Assembly (NCBI GenBank): GCA_951406725.2
Contig: CATOCA020000001.1
Location: 1,736,001-1,800,000, forward strand
Length of the DNA: 64,000 bases
Reading direction: 5' to 3'
From: Octopus vulgaris
Taxonomy: Eukaryota
In this document: positions 12,343 through 25,310 of the stretch, piece by piece
How positions within the stretch are numbered: the first letter of the stretch is position 1
How the letters are laid out: the number at the start of each line of letters is the position of its first letter
Program-made: the position numbers and the translations under genes
Notes under the pieces: generated by a model
Told to the model about the DNA's origin: nothing
What the model saw: only the letters and a program-made list of their open reading frames with translations
The model's database searches: none

Positions 12343-14112
12343 GGAACACAGACAAGTGAACGAACCAGTGGACTTCTTTGCCGCCTCCCCTATAACCAGT
12401 GAGGCGGTTACAATAGAATGTATTGATATTAGCGAATAAGATGTCCTACTAGCCATAGATGAAGTGGACACAAACTCAGCTGCTGGTCCAGACGGTTTCC
12501 CAGCCATCCTCCTCAAAGCGTGTAAGCATGCCCTGGCAAAACCCCTCAAGATTCTCTTCCAGAGCATTCTTGCGAATGACAAACTGCCAAGCAACCTGAA
12601 GGAGGGAATAATATGCCCAATACATAAAGGGGGAAGTAGAGCAGATGCCAAAAACTATAGGCCTGTCTCTCTAACTTCACACATCAGCAAAGTCATGGAA
12701 CGGATAGTCAGAAAGAAACTAGTCGCATTCCTTGAGGAAAATAACTTGCTGAGTGATACCCAGCATGGTTTTCGACCAGGTAGGAGCTGCCTGACCCAGC
12801 TCTTACAGCATTATGACTGGGTGTTGAGGCAGTTACTCAACAAATCAAATGTGGACGTAATCTACCTTGATTTTGCAAAAGCTTTTGACAAGGTGGATCA
12901 TGGTATGATATGCCACAAACTACGTGACCTCGGCATAGCTGGAAAACTTGGAGTGTGGTTGCATGACTTCCTGAAAGATAGGAGCAAGGCAGTAGTGGTT
13001 AATGGAGCCACCTCTATGAACACACAAATAGTGAGCGGTGTTCCACAGGGCACTGTCTTGGGACCACTGCTTTTTATAGTGGCCCTCTCAGATATGCCCT
13101 CAAATGCCTGGATAGCCACTCTGGCCAGCTATGCAGACGATACGAAAGTCTCGCAGAAAATACAGATCCCCAGCGATGTAGCACACCTGCAGCAGGAGTT
13201 GGAGTCAATCTACAGATGGGCTGAGGATAATAATATGCAGTTTAATGCTGAAAAATTCCAGGCCCTGCGCTACCAGCACCCAAAACTCAATATTAAACTT
13301 ACAGGATACACCGGTCCACAGGGAATTTCAATCCCAGAGCCTAAGTCTGTGACGGACCTGGGTATCGACATGAGTGATGATACCTCTTTCCAAGTGCACA
13401 TTACCAGGATGGCGACAAAGTGCAGACGACTGGCTGGGTGGATCCTAAGAACATTCAGAACCAGAAATAAGGAAACCATGATGGTCCTCTGGTGGACATC
13501 GTCCTCAGTCGCCTGGATTACTGCTCACAGCTATGGTCACCCACCAGTGTAAAATTAACAGCGGACCTTGAAGCAATCCAGAGAAGATTCACAAAGAAGA
13601 TCGTCTCTTTGCAACAGCTCAGCTACTGGGAAAGGTTGAAACAGCTAAGACTCTACTCCCTGGAGAGAAGACGGGAGAGGTATGCAGTAATATATGTCTG
13701 GAAGATCCTGGAAGGAATTGTGCCAAATTTTGGCATTGTAAGCTACACCAATGCTAGAACGGGACGACACTGCATAGTGCCAAAGATCCCAGCAATGCCA
13801 TCATGCTTCACGACCAGGTTCTGCAACAGCCTGGATTTCAAGGGCCCACAGCTTTTTAATATTCTCCCAAAGAGTCTGAGGAACTTGCACAAAGTAGATG
13901 TAGCGGTTTTTAAATCAAAGCTGGACATCTTCCTGTCGAGAGTCCCAGATGAACCTACCTCACGGCAAGAGGTGCAAATGAGAGTAGCTATATCAAACTC
14001 CATTCTTCACCAAGTGCCACATATTAGACGAGGTTCGTCGTAATAATAGTGTAGCACAAAACGGCGGTGCATCAGCATGGCCGCAGCTCTGAGCTGAAAC
14101 TAGAAAAAAAAA
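12343..14112 (+). mobile_element. 5'-truncated CR1/L2-group LINE (RT), one frameshift near 13495
   Basis: AGPDG, NYRPVSLTS, QHGFR, DFAKAFDKV, GVPQGTVLGP, YADD, LEAIQRRFTK, LYSLERRRER; short 3' UTR plus A tail. Confidence 0.9.
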
Positions 14113-14249
14113 TATATATATATATATTATTTAAAGAAAAACCTTTATTAAGCAAATTCAATAGTGAAAGACGTTATTCACCTCATCAAAAAAAAAAATT
14201 AATTTTGATGATGTAGTTTATAAATGTGTAGTGACTTTGATATATAATA

Positions 14250-14372
14250 ATAGGAAAGGTTATAACTTAAATGCGTTTTACTTAGGGTCGACTTCTAATA
14301 ATAGGAAAGGTTATAATTTAAATGCGTTTTACATAGGGTCGACTTCTAATAATAGGAAAGGTTATAATTTAA
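14250..14372. repeat. 51-bp tandem repeat, about 2.5 copies
   Basis: ATAGGAAAGGTTATAA(C/T)TTAAATGCGTTTTAC(T/A)TAGGGTCGACTTCTAATA. Confidence 0.9.
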
Positions 14373-15139
14373 ATTACTTATATAATAACTTTAACTAATT
14401 TGTGTGAATATGTAAACCCTATTTTATGATACTAATTGTTGTAGTTATAATTTCTAGGAGTATAATGTGTATAAATTAGCACGTAATCATATAGTGTATA
14501 TTACATAATTAGAATAAGATTAAACTAAGAAGTTTATAAAATAAATGCACAAAGTAATGAATATAGATTATAGTATAGAAATTTAGCTTACTTTATGTAT
14601 CATATGTGTTTTACGTATTTTAATTTTAAATTATTTAGACTTTAAAATTGTCCAAACAGTTTTTTTTCTTATTCGCACAGCTAAAATATATTTTGTCATT
14701 TTTACAGCTAAAATACTTTATAATTTTTATTTATGCCCCGATGGGAATGATAGGGAAGGTAGAGTAGGAATTTGTAGGGTTGGGGTAGGCTTATGGGGGA
14801 GGGTTGACGAAGAAGGGGGAGGGGAAGGTGGGTATGTGAGAGAGAGAGAGAGAAAGGAAGAGAGGGTAAAAGAGTAAGAGAGAAGAGAGAAAGAGAGAAG
14901 AAAGAGAGTAAGAGAGAAGAGGGAAAGAGAGTAGGGGTAAAGAGAAGTAGGAGACGGGACAAGAGGGGAGAGTTGGGTGGGAGGAAGTAGGAGGGAAGGG
15001 GAGAGAGTTGAGCCCAAATGGCGTAAAAGAGCGAAGAGAGAAGATTGTGCGCGTGTATGTATTTATGTATGTATGTATGTAAGCATATGCATATAATTAT
15101 ACACTTGTAAACACACACATATACATATATATATATTTA

Positions 15140-16035
15140 TAAGATTCAACTACATCAAATTACATGCGGTCAAATGATACTTTTTCTTAGGGATCTATGG
15201 GTAAAGTATTTCCTAATTTATCAACCAATTACACTGATGTAAAATGGCCATGTGAAACAGTTCTACCCCCCCCCCCACCCCACTAATGAAACGGTCGATA
15301 AACTCGATAATGAAATTCTTCAAAAGTCAACAGGTACAAGAAAAATGACTTTCGATCAATTGACAACAGTCGATCAAGATGAGGTTGTTCAACACCCTGT
15401 TGAATTTCTCAACCCACTGGGACGCCACCGCATAATTTGACACTAAAACCCGGTGCTCCCATTTTGCTGCTTAGGATTCTTGAACCATCTCACCCGTGTA
15501 ATGGAACTCGCTTAATTTTTACTCCCGTGAAGTCCCATCTCATACAATCACAAAGGAGAAAATGTCTTTAGATCAAAGATTCCTCTCACACCCACAGATA
15601 TTCCATTTGAATTTAAGACGCTTCAATTTCCAGTCAAACTAATTTTTGGTATTACATTTAACAAATCTCAGTGTCAATCCTTCAAGCTAGTTGGACTTGA
15701 TCTCTCGATAACATGCTTCTCCCACGGGCAACGCTATGTTGCTTGCTCTCGAGTTCGAAGCAGTAACAATTATCTTTAATTTCGACACCAACAAAAAAGT
15801 CCAGAATGCATATTGTTTACCCTGGGGTGCTTCAACATTGACAGATTTTCAGTTCAAAATTCTGTTATCAATACCATTTGAATATTGCTCAATAAAATCT
15901 AGAAATTTTGAAATAAATATGAGAATATAAAAGATCGACTCAGTAGTTGTACTGACGAGTAATATTCTTTATATTTATTGTTTACTAATCTGAATAAGAA
16001 CAGTAGTAACCCAGGTAACATAGGTAACACTACGA
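15140..16035 (+). mobile_element. Helitron 3' remnant (Pif1-type helicase)
   Basis: PVEFLN, PHNLTLKPGAPILLLR, CNGTRL, LQFPVKL, TFNKSQ, FSHGQRYVACSRV across frameshifts; degenerate 3' hairpin/CTA end near 16010-16035. Confidence 0.85.
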
Positions 16036-16457
16036 AAAACTAATGCGTGTCACCACCTCAACGTGGTAGTTCTGCATACAACAATATTACTATTTATTTT
16101 TAATCCCAGGAGGATACATTCTCCATCTGGTTAACGACACAAAAGATATAATCTTTTCGACCACATTATTTTTTTAAAAACCTGTTGTTTATTCTATTGG
16201 TATCTTTTACTGAATCCTTAAATTTAGGGAAAGTAAATATACCATCACCGGTTACCAAGCTGTAGCTGGGGCGGGTGCACACACACAGACACACACACAG
16301 ATATATACATACTTAAATACGACGGCTTTCTTTCGGTTTCTACATACTATTTCCACTTACAAGGTTTTGGTCGCCCCAAGTGTATAATAGAGGACACTCA
16401 CCAAAGTGCCATGCTATGGGACTGAACTAGAAAGTGTGTGGCTGTGGAGCAAGGTTA

Positions 16458-16495
<38 letters not shown>

Positions 16496-16557
16496 GTGTG
16501 TGTGTGTGTGTGTGTCTTTATACATATATACATATGTATATATAAAGACACACAAAC

Positions 16558-16595
<38 letters not shown>

Positions 16596-16600
<5 letters not shown>

Positions 16601-16840
16601 TAGGTGCGTGATTATTGCGGCATCTTTCAACAAATTTTATTCAACAAAAACAATAACATGTAACAAAAACATCTTTAAATGATTATTCCGGAGCATATTC
16701 ACCATCTACTTCAATTACTGCTTCCGATTCGCTTGACAGACGGTCAGAACGTCATTAAAAATTTTTTTGTTTAATATTGTTATTGTTTTTGTTGAATAAA
16801 TGTTGCTGAAAAAAGTCGCAATAATTATGCACCTACCCAA
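16596..16840. mobile_element. Mariner-derived MITE
   Basis: ~85-bp imperfect TIRs (TTGGTAGGTGCGTGATTATTGCG / CGCAATAATTATGCACCTACCCAA), non-coding, at a TA site. Confidence 0.8.
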
Positions 16841-16864
16841 TGGGTGTGTATGTATGAATATATG

Positions 16865-16898
<34 letters not shown>

Positions 16899-16992
16899 TG
16901 TATGTATGTATGTATGTATGTATGTATGTATGTATGCATGCATGCATGCATGTATGTATGTATGTATGTATGTATGTATGTATGTATGTATG

Positions 16993-17023
<31 letters not shown>

Positions 17024-17587
17024 GTATGTATGTATGTAGGTGTGTGTGTGTACATATAGCCTTCTACTGCGTACGTAAATTTGTACATCTCTTGTATTAC
17101 CTATTCTATGAATCAAAGGAATCGTATTATTGTTTAGTGACGTAAAGTTTGGTGATATTTAGAAAAGTTGTAATTGTTATACTGGACCGGTTTCTAATGA
17201 AGTTTCGTTGTTGGATAAAATGAAACCCCATCACTGAATTTAGAGAGAAGAAAAATGAATTCAGTATTTATTAAGGATTTGTTAAATATTTTATTTTAGA
17301 ATATTCACAATTATGCATAAAAGGCAAAATAATAATTTTCAGTCAGTGATGCACAGCACCTCAGAAGCAATATACATATGGGCATATATGAATATGGGTG
17401 AAAAATATGTGTGTATATCCCTTTTTCTCTATCTCTAAACTACTTGGTCAGGGTGCAGTACAAATAAAAGACCACTGAAACAAAAATATATCAATTTATT
17501 CGAAAGCTAGAAAAAGCAAAATACTGTAATTAAAATGTTGGTAGAGGAGGAGTGTGAGAAAATAAATACAGAATGAAAGGAAGAAGA

Positions 17588-17725
17588 TTAATTTAAGCCA
17601 CAGCACAGGAAGTTATGACATGACAGCCATGGAAACAGCTTTATGGTGGTGACATCGAGCGGATAAATGGGTGCGTAGCAATGGGATTTGGGAAATAATC
17701 CCAGGCACTCATTTATAACTTTCAT
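17588..17725 (-). other. Candidate 45-aa Cys-rich small ORF or terminal exon, copy 2
   Basis: Same frame intact, with P to S, K to N and one silent change. Confidence 0.3.
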
Positions 17726-17793
17726 GGGTTGTTAAGGAAAGTATGAACCCACTCTCTTATATGTATGTACGGGTGCGAGTGTATTTATATATG

Positions 17794-17870
<77 letters not shown>

Positions 17871-18558
17871 GAAATATGTAATGTGTGAATATAGAGGTGT
17901 GCATGTGCACATATCTTTGTGTGTATATACACTTATGTTGAAATATATGTTTCTGCGCGCGTCTCGATGTGTACCAAAACTAAGAACGGACTTGAATATA
18001 TCATCGTATCTGTCTCTCTATACATATGCATACATTGCTTTTAATTGCGTTAATCATTTGACTGTGACCAGACTGGAGCAACACTTTCAAGGTTTGACTG
18101 GAGCAAATCAATGTAACTACTTATTTTTAATCCTGGTTCTTATCCCCACGGTTCTGTTTTTACTAAACAGATCGGTACGGGGACGTAAACAAACTAACGT
18201 CGATGGCCAAGCAGTGGTGGAGAACAATGACACCTCCACATATACAAAAGACAGTCTACTTTCAGATGCTGTCAACCAAATTCCTCTGAAGTCAATAGCT
18301 CGGATCCATAGGCGCAGGAGTGGCTGTGTGGTAAGTAGCTTGTTTACCAACCACATGGTTCCGGGTTCAGTCCTAATGCATGGCACCTTGGGCAAGTGTC
18401 TTTACTATAGCCTCGGGTCGACCGACATCTTGTGAGTGGATTTGGAAGACAGAAACTGAAAGAAGCCCGTCGTATATAGTATATATATATATATATATAT
18501 ATAAATATAATTTATATTTATAAATATATATATATATATATATATATTTATAAATATA

Positions 18559-18613
<55 letters not shown>

Positions 18614-18616
<3 letters not shown>

Positions 18617-19014
18617 GCTGCAGTGGCTGTGTGGTAAGTAGATTGCTTACCAACCACATGGTTCCGGGTTCAGTCCCACTGCGTGGCACCTTGGGCAAGT
18701 GTCTTCTACTATAGCCTCGGGTCGACCAAAGCCTTGTGAGTGGATTTGGTAGACAGAAACTGAAAGAAGCCCGTCGTATATATGTATATATATATATATG
18801 CATGTGTGTGTTTGTGTGTCTGTGTTTGTCCCCCTAGCATTGCTTGACAACCGATGCTGGTGTGTTTATGTGCCCGTTACTTAGCGGTTCGGCAAAAGTG
18901 ACCGATAGAATAAGTACTGGGCTTACAAAAGAATAAGTTCCGGGGTCGATTTGCTTGATTAAAGGCGGTGCTCCAGCATGGCCGCCGTCAAATGACTGAA
19001 ACAAGTAAAAGAGT

Positions 19015-19018
<4 letters not shown>
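18614..19018 (+). mobile_element. SINE family A, full copy
   Basis: High identity to 486-888. Confidence 0.9.
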
Positions 19019-19056
<38 letters not shown>

Positions 19057-19267
19057 AGACCCTTGACCAAGTTATAACACCGAGGAACTGAACCTGGAAC
19101 CATGTGGTTGCAAACAAGACCGTTCCACTTCACTGCAGTTGTGCTACGCTTGGATATCACCGATCGTTGTAGAACACAGCTCCTTATCAAGTCTCTCTCT
19201 CTTTAATGATACTTTGATATATATGTACACACACACACACACACACACCACACACACACACACACAC

Positions 19268-19302
<35 letters not shown>

Positions 19303-19451
19303 GGCTGTGTGGTAAGTAACTTGCGTACCAACCACATGGTGCCGGGTTCAGTCCACTGCGTGGCAGCTTGGGAAGTGTCCACTACTATAGCCTCGGGCCG
19401 ACCAAAACCTTATGACTGTATTTGGTAGACGGAAACTGAAAGAATCCTGTC

Positions 19452-19488
<37 letters not shown>

Positions 19489-19503
19489 TACATATTCACA
19501 CAC

Positions 19504-19534
<31 letters not shown>

Positions 19535-19569
19535 ATTATACATACATATATGTATGCATGTATATAGTT

Positions 19570-20400
19570 CAGACTCCTGCCTATAGAAGCCACTTGAACA
19601 ATCCTCGGGCATCAGTTTTCTCAACCGGCGTCATTCCGGCATCATCGTACAATGTCGTTCTGCGTCGTCTTCGATCGCTGTGCATCAGCACTCACTTTTT
19701 CTCGGTGTTTCCACAAATATATGAGTAGAGCAAAGGCAATGACCTGGGTTAGATATTTAGTTCTAAATGTGCCCCTGACGTCGACTTTTGACTCCACAAT
19801 GTATCGGTCGTTTCTGCAATTCACAACGGCGTCCACTTTGAAGATCTCATCAGAGAAATAACCCTAACCCTAACTTGTTCTTCTTGAGGCATGTGAAAAT
19901 GTTTTTGCACCTTTCAAGTCTCCCGGGTTTCATAAGTTCTGTCCACATATTCCTCGGTTTTCTCGTGTAGGACTTGTGGCCCAAGTTATCATTCACAGTT
20001 ATTCTGATGGTCTCGCGGTCCACATCAATTGCAGAAGCCAGCTTCCTCATGGTTGTAGTTGGGTCCGTTGAAATTTTGGACTCAAGGGTGTTGATGAAGT
20101 CTTGAGTACGCTTCATGTTGGCCCGACCGCTGCCAGACTTCCTCTCAATGTGGTTGCCTACGTGCCTTATCTTCTTGACGTTATAAAGCGTGCGTAAGGA
20201 TACCCTATGTTTGTGATCCTCTTAGATCCGCCTTGAGCACGGACCAAATCACATACTCATTGGCCTTCGTCTTCCTGCGCAGGTATCATCTCCAATATTT
20301 CTGCAAAAAAATTCGCTTATTATTAGCTAACACTGTATTGTTTGTTCTTCATTAGCTTTCATATCATTTGGTGTTGTGGTTGTTGTGAAATATTAGCAAT
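19570..20400 (-). mobile_element. Tc1/mariner (DD37D-like) transposase remnant, N-terminal half
   Basis: SGR, MRKLA..DV...TIR...DNLG, RLERCK and FSDE motifs across frameshifts. Confidence 0.75.
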
Positions 20401-20431
20401 TTCTGCTTCCTCACATGATTTCAAGCTGTGA

Positions 20432-20780
20432 AGGCGCGTGGCTCAGTGGTTAGAGCGTCGAGCTTACGATCGTGAGGTTGTGAGCTCGAATCCCGGACCG
20501 GGCTGCGTGTTGTGTTCTTGAGCAAGACACTTTATTTCACATTGCTCCAGTTGACTCAGCTGTAGAAATGAGTTGCGACGTCACAGGTGCCAAGCTGTAT
20601 CGACCTTTGCCTTTCCCTTGGATAACACTGGTGGCGTGCAGAGGGGGGCGGTATGCATGGGCGACTGCTGGTCTTCCATGAAACAACCTTGCCCAGACTT
20701 GTGCCTCAGTGAGTAACTCTCTAGGTGCAAACCCATGGTCAGTGTCTGACCGAAGGGGGTCACTATATCACTATCACTAT
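20432..20780 (+). mobile_element. tRNA-derived SINE family C
   Basis: TGGCTCAGTGG A box, GCTCGAATCC B box, CTTGAGCAAGACACTTTATTTCAC core; related pieces at about 2020-2330, 34320-34453, 56720-56850. Confidence 0.8.
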
Positions 20781-21117
20781 GATTCCAAGCTATGATATTT
20801 GGTAATATATAAATATAAAAGGTATAACTTAAACTGGACCGGTTTTATGAAGCTTCGTTTTGGGATGAGATAAAATCACTTGACAGAATTTAGAGACAAT
20901 TAAAAATGATTTGAATATTACGGGATTTATTTTTGATTTGTTAAATATTTTACTTTACAGCATTCACCATTATTCGTAGAGGACAAAATAATAATTTCCA
21001 ATCATCTGATGCACAACACTCCAGAAGTCGGAGGGCTAGAAAACTCACCAAGAAAGGCTTCAATCTCAAAGAAAAAGCGAAAGGAGGTTGGTGTCTCAAG
21101 CCAATAGAAAAGGCAAC

Positions 21118-21159
<42 letters not shown>

Positions 21160-21162
<3 letters not shown>

Positions 21163-21572
21163 CGCAGGAGTGGCTGTGTGGTAAGTAGCTTGCTAACCAA
21201 CCACATGGTTCCGGGTTCAGTCCCACTGGTGGCATCTTGGGCAAGTGTCCTTCGCTATAGCCCCGGGCCGACCAATGCCTTGTGAGTGGATTTGGTAGAC
21301 GGAAACTGAAAGAAGCCTGTCGTATATATGTACATATATATGTGTGTTTATGTGTGTGTGTGTTTGTGTGTCTGTGCTTGTCCCCCTAGCATTGCTTGAC
21401 AACCGATGCTTGTGTGTTTACGGCCCCGTCTCTTAGCGGTTCGGCAGAAGAGACCGATAGAATACGTACTGGGCTTACAAAGAATAAATCGCGGGGTCGA
21501 TTTGCTCGTCTAAAGGCGGTGCTCCGGCATGGCCGCAGTCAAATGACTGAAACAAGTAGTAGAGTAAAGAGT
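21160..21572 (+). mobile_element. SINE family A, full copy
   Basis: High identity to 486-888. Confidence 0.9.
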
Positions 21573-21869
21573 ATATATATCATATATAATCAAAATAAGG
21601 AACAAGGATATCCAGAGGTAATGCAGTACGATCGTTTCATGCGACTCCATTTAATTGAACAAAGTATGTACTACATCAGTTTTAAAATGTACGGTAAACT
21701 TCAGGTGCATACAAATATAGAATTTAGTCAAATTTAGAAGATTCATTTTTATAGTCATTCCATTAACAGAAATCACAAAGAGGGTAAGTAGGTAGACAGA
21801 GAGACAAGTTTCATCAACAAAAACATGGTAGTAACTAATACTATGTTTTTGTTGATGAAACTTGTTTCG

Positions 21870-22998
21870 AACCCATTTTCCGCGCTTAAATTACAAATCC
21901 GCTTCCACTTTATCATGTTGAAAATTTGATTGAAATCCGGCAAAATGTGTCCAATCTAGACCCACCAGTGTCCCCCCCAAATCAATAAAATCCCAGTTTT
22001 TACAGCAAAGCAACCACTGTAGCGCCCCAAAACGTCTCCCAATCAATTTCTCACTTCAAGTTACCCCCTACTGTAAATTCTAATCCCCTTCCAGCCCCAT
22101 TTAAACCCCTTTTTATATAAAAATCCAGTTTGTATCAACGTTCGCCTTTTTCATTTTTTACATTAGATTAGATGCCAATCGCGCCAATTTGGAGGGGCTT
22201 AGAGCCCCCTCGAATCGATACAAAATCACACTTCTCACCATAGCAACTGCATCTTTCCCGATGGCGAATTTTAACCTACTCAACTCTCTGCCTTCTATGC
22301 CTGTGCCAATTTTCAGCTCGATCCGACCACTGGTCTGACCCCAACCTCTGACGTAGCCAAATGTGTGCACAATTTTGAGCCAAAGCCTCTTTTGTATATA
22401 TCGACAAGAGGAGAGACCACTCAGTGGATCCCTTATATGCTAAAAATAATATTAATTTCTACTCCTTTTATCTTTTATCATGCTTTGCTACCTTTCATAC
22501 CATCAGGTTTGGTGAAATTAGTTTTAAAATTATTAATTGCTTTTTTTACTACTTTTTGATTTCTTTATGTTCGATTGAATTAACAGATAACTCTCGCGCT
22601 CGTATGCACGTACACACACACACACACAAACACACACATATTCACACACTCACGCACACACGCATGCGCACGCACATATTATTTCGCAACAGATAAGTAA
22701 TCTTGATATTTATGTTTAGTCGTTACTTGTAAATGAAATCATTGAAACTACTGAGTTGTTCCCCTTGCAACGTATCTATTTCTGAATGCTGAAATACTAA
22801 AAAAAACATCACCCTTTTTGCCATAACAACCACATCTTTATAGCTTGCGAATTTTAACCATCGTGGGTCTCATCCTCACCACGCATTTAGTATCCCTGCC
22901 TATTTTCAGCTGGGTCCTAGCTTCGGTTTGGCCGCCATTAAACGTCAAAGCAAAATGTACATACGATTTTCGTCCAAGGACAGTTTTATAGATATCGA
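21870..22998 (-). mobile_element. Two old non-autonomous Helitron-like 5' fragments (about 21870-22404 and 22790-22998)
   Basis: Minus-strand TCGATAT(A/C)TA(C/T)AAAA starts and a shared AGCTGAAAAT(T/A)GGCA segment. Confidence 0.5.
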
Positions 22999-23057
22999 TT
23001 ATAGTCCATTGTTGTTATTATAGTATATTGCTGTGCCAATATATATATATATGGGGG

Positions 23058-23330
23058 CGGGGGCATATGACCTAGTGGTTAGAGCAGGGGACTCGTGCGG
23101 TAGAGGGATCGCGGGCTCGAATCTCAGACCGGGCGATGTGTGTGTTTATGAGCGAAGCACCTAAACCCCACGTTGCTCCGGCAGAAGGTGAGGGCGAACT
23201 TCTGCTGACTCTTTCGCCACCACGTTCTCTCACTCTTTCCTCCTGCATCTAGCAACTCACCAGGTGGGGAACCTATTCGCCAATGAAACCGGGAAACCGG
23301 CCCTTATCAAATGGAACAAACAATAACAAG
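23058..23330 (+). mobile_element. tRNA-derived SINE family D
   Basis: TGACCTAGTGG and GGCTCGAATCTC boxes, distinct body, ACA-rich tail. Confidence 0.65.
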
Positions 23331-23336
23331 AGCATT

Positions 23337-23393
<57 letters not shown>

Positions 23394-23429
23394 ACATACA
23401 TATATGAATATATATTCTCTTTTTCTCTC

Positions 23430-23801
23430 TCTCTTTTACTCTCTTTTACTTGTTTCAGTCATTTGACTGCGGCCATGCTGGAGCACCGCCTTTAATCGAG
23501 CAACTCGATCCCGGGACTTATTCTTTGTAAGCCCAGTACTTATTCTATCGGTCTCTTTTTTGCCGAACCGCTAAGTGACGGGGACGTAAACACACCAGCA
23601 TCGGTTGTCAAGCGATGCTAGGGGGACAAACACAGACACACAAACACACACATACATATATATACATATATACGACAGGCTTCTTTCAGTTTCCGTCTAC
23701 CAAATCCACTCAGAAGACACTTGCCCAAGATGCCACGCAGTGGGACTGAACCCGGAACCATGTGGTTGGTTAGTAAGCTACTTACCACACAGCCACTCCT
23801 G

Positions 23802-23851
<50 letters not shown>

Positions 23852-24195
23852 TTTTACCGTTTCAGTCATTTGACTGCGGCCATGCAGGAGCACCGCCTTT
23901 AGCCGAACAAATCTTCCCCAGGACTTATTCTTTGTAAGTCTGATACTTATTCTATCGGTCTCCCTTGCCGAACCACTAAGTTACGGGGACGTAAACACAC
24001 CAAGCGAAACAAACACTCAGACACACACGCACACATTTGTATATATTTCGGTTTCCGTCTACCCAATCCATTCACAAGGCGTTGGTCGGATCGAGGCTAT
24101 AGTAGAAGACACTTTCCCAAACTGCCACGCAGAGGGACTGAAGCCTCAGCCACGTGGTTGGTAAGCAAGGTACTTACCACACAGCTACTCCTGCA
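23430..24195 (-). mobile_element. Two adjacent SINE family A copies
   Basis: About 23430-23802 and 23850-24195, with internal deletions. Confidence 0.85.
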
Positions 24196-24269
24196 TATAT
24201 ACACAAACGTGTGTGTCAATGCACTCATACACACACACATGCGCCTACACACACACACACACACACATG

Positions 24270-24329
<60 letters not shown>

Positions 24330-24562
24330 TGATACTTGTGTCTACATACACATGAATATATTCTTTGAATGTATTGATTACTTTTGTTTTCTGGACTACG
24401 GCCAAACTGGAGCAACATTCTAAAGGGTTCAGAGCAGGAAAGCGTTGCATGTACTTATTCTTAAAGCTGGCTCTTATCCTATGGGTCCCTGTATTCTGAA
24501 CATTTACATTATGAGGACGTAAACATAAGATCATCGGTTGTCATTCTGTTGTGGATGACTAA

Positions 24563-24643
<81 letters not shown>

Positions 24644-24835
24644 GCGCACCTAAACACACTCACAGACGACAGACGACTTTCAGTCATTTTCTATCGAATT
24701 CACTCATAAGTCATTAGTCCGTGACTATAGTAGAAGGCCCCCGTTCAAGTTACCGCACTGTGGGATTGAACCTCGAACCATGTGCTTGTAAAGCAAACTT
24801 ATTTTCACGTTTCCACACCATCACCTGCCTATTTG

Positions 24836-24925
<90 letters not shown>

Positions 24926-24927
24926 GG

Positions 24928-24964
<37 letters not shown>

Positions 24965-25310
24965 ACTATCTATCTATCTATCTATTGACGGATGTGATGT
25001 CGTTTCAGCTCCGAAGGTAATCATTTATTTTGACTATTTATAGGCCAATTTTTGTGTAGATTTTTGCAAATAAGGTGTGTAAGGCAACCAACTTTCATTT
25101 GAGTGCTTTTCCAAGGGAGGAATTCGCCCCTAGGGGCAGTTTCGACCCCATTTCATTTCTGTTATTTTCTTCTCGACATTAGAAAATGTCTAGAAATTTT
25201 ATTGTTGAACGCTGGTCGCGTTCTTTTTTGGAACAACATTTTCCTAGTCTGGAAACGACAGAGAAAAAAAGAACGTTCGCACGGAAAATGCCAACGTGAA
25301 ATTCGGTGAA

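Larger units (their letters stand above)
9140..18310 (+). repeat. Old tandem segmental duplication (about 9140-11350 and 16170-18310; partial third copy at 20790-21030 and 24330-24800)
   Basis: Collinear old SINE, AT-rich spacer, conserved core and second old SINE; core offset exactly 7140 bp. Confidence 0.85.

Noticed and set aside
20432-20512. tRNA gene
   Set aside because: tRNA-like head continues directly into a multi-copy SINE body, without a proper acceptor stem or poly-T terminator.
21615-21710. Further hammerhead candidates (also about 34585-34635 and 15950-16040)
   Set aside because: GAAA and stem III halves are visible but cores and stems are too degraded to call.
22437-22506. Possible signal-peptide first exon (MLKIILISTPFIFYHALLPFIPS, GTTTGG donor)
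   Set aside because: Its phase 1 does not join the phase-2 exon at 33549, the donor is weak, and it lies among Helitron remnants.
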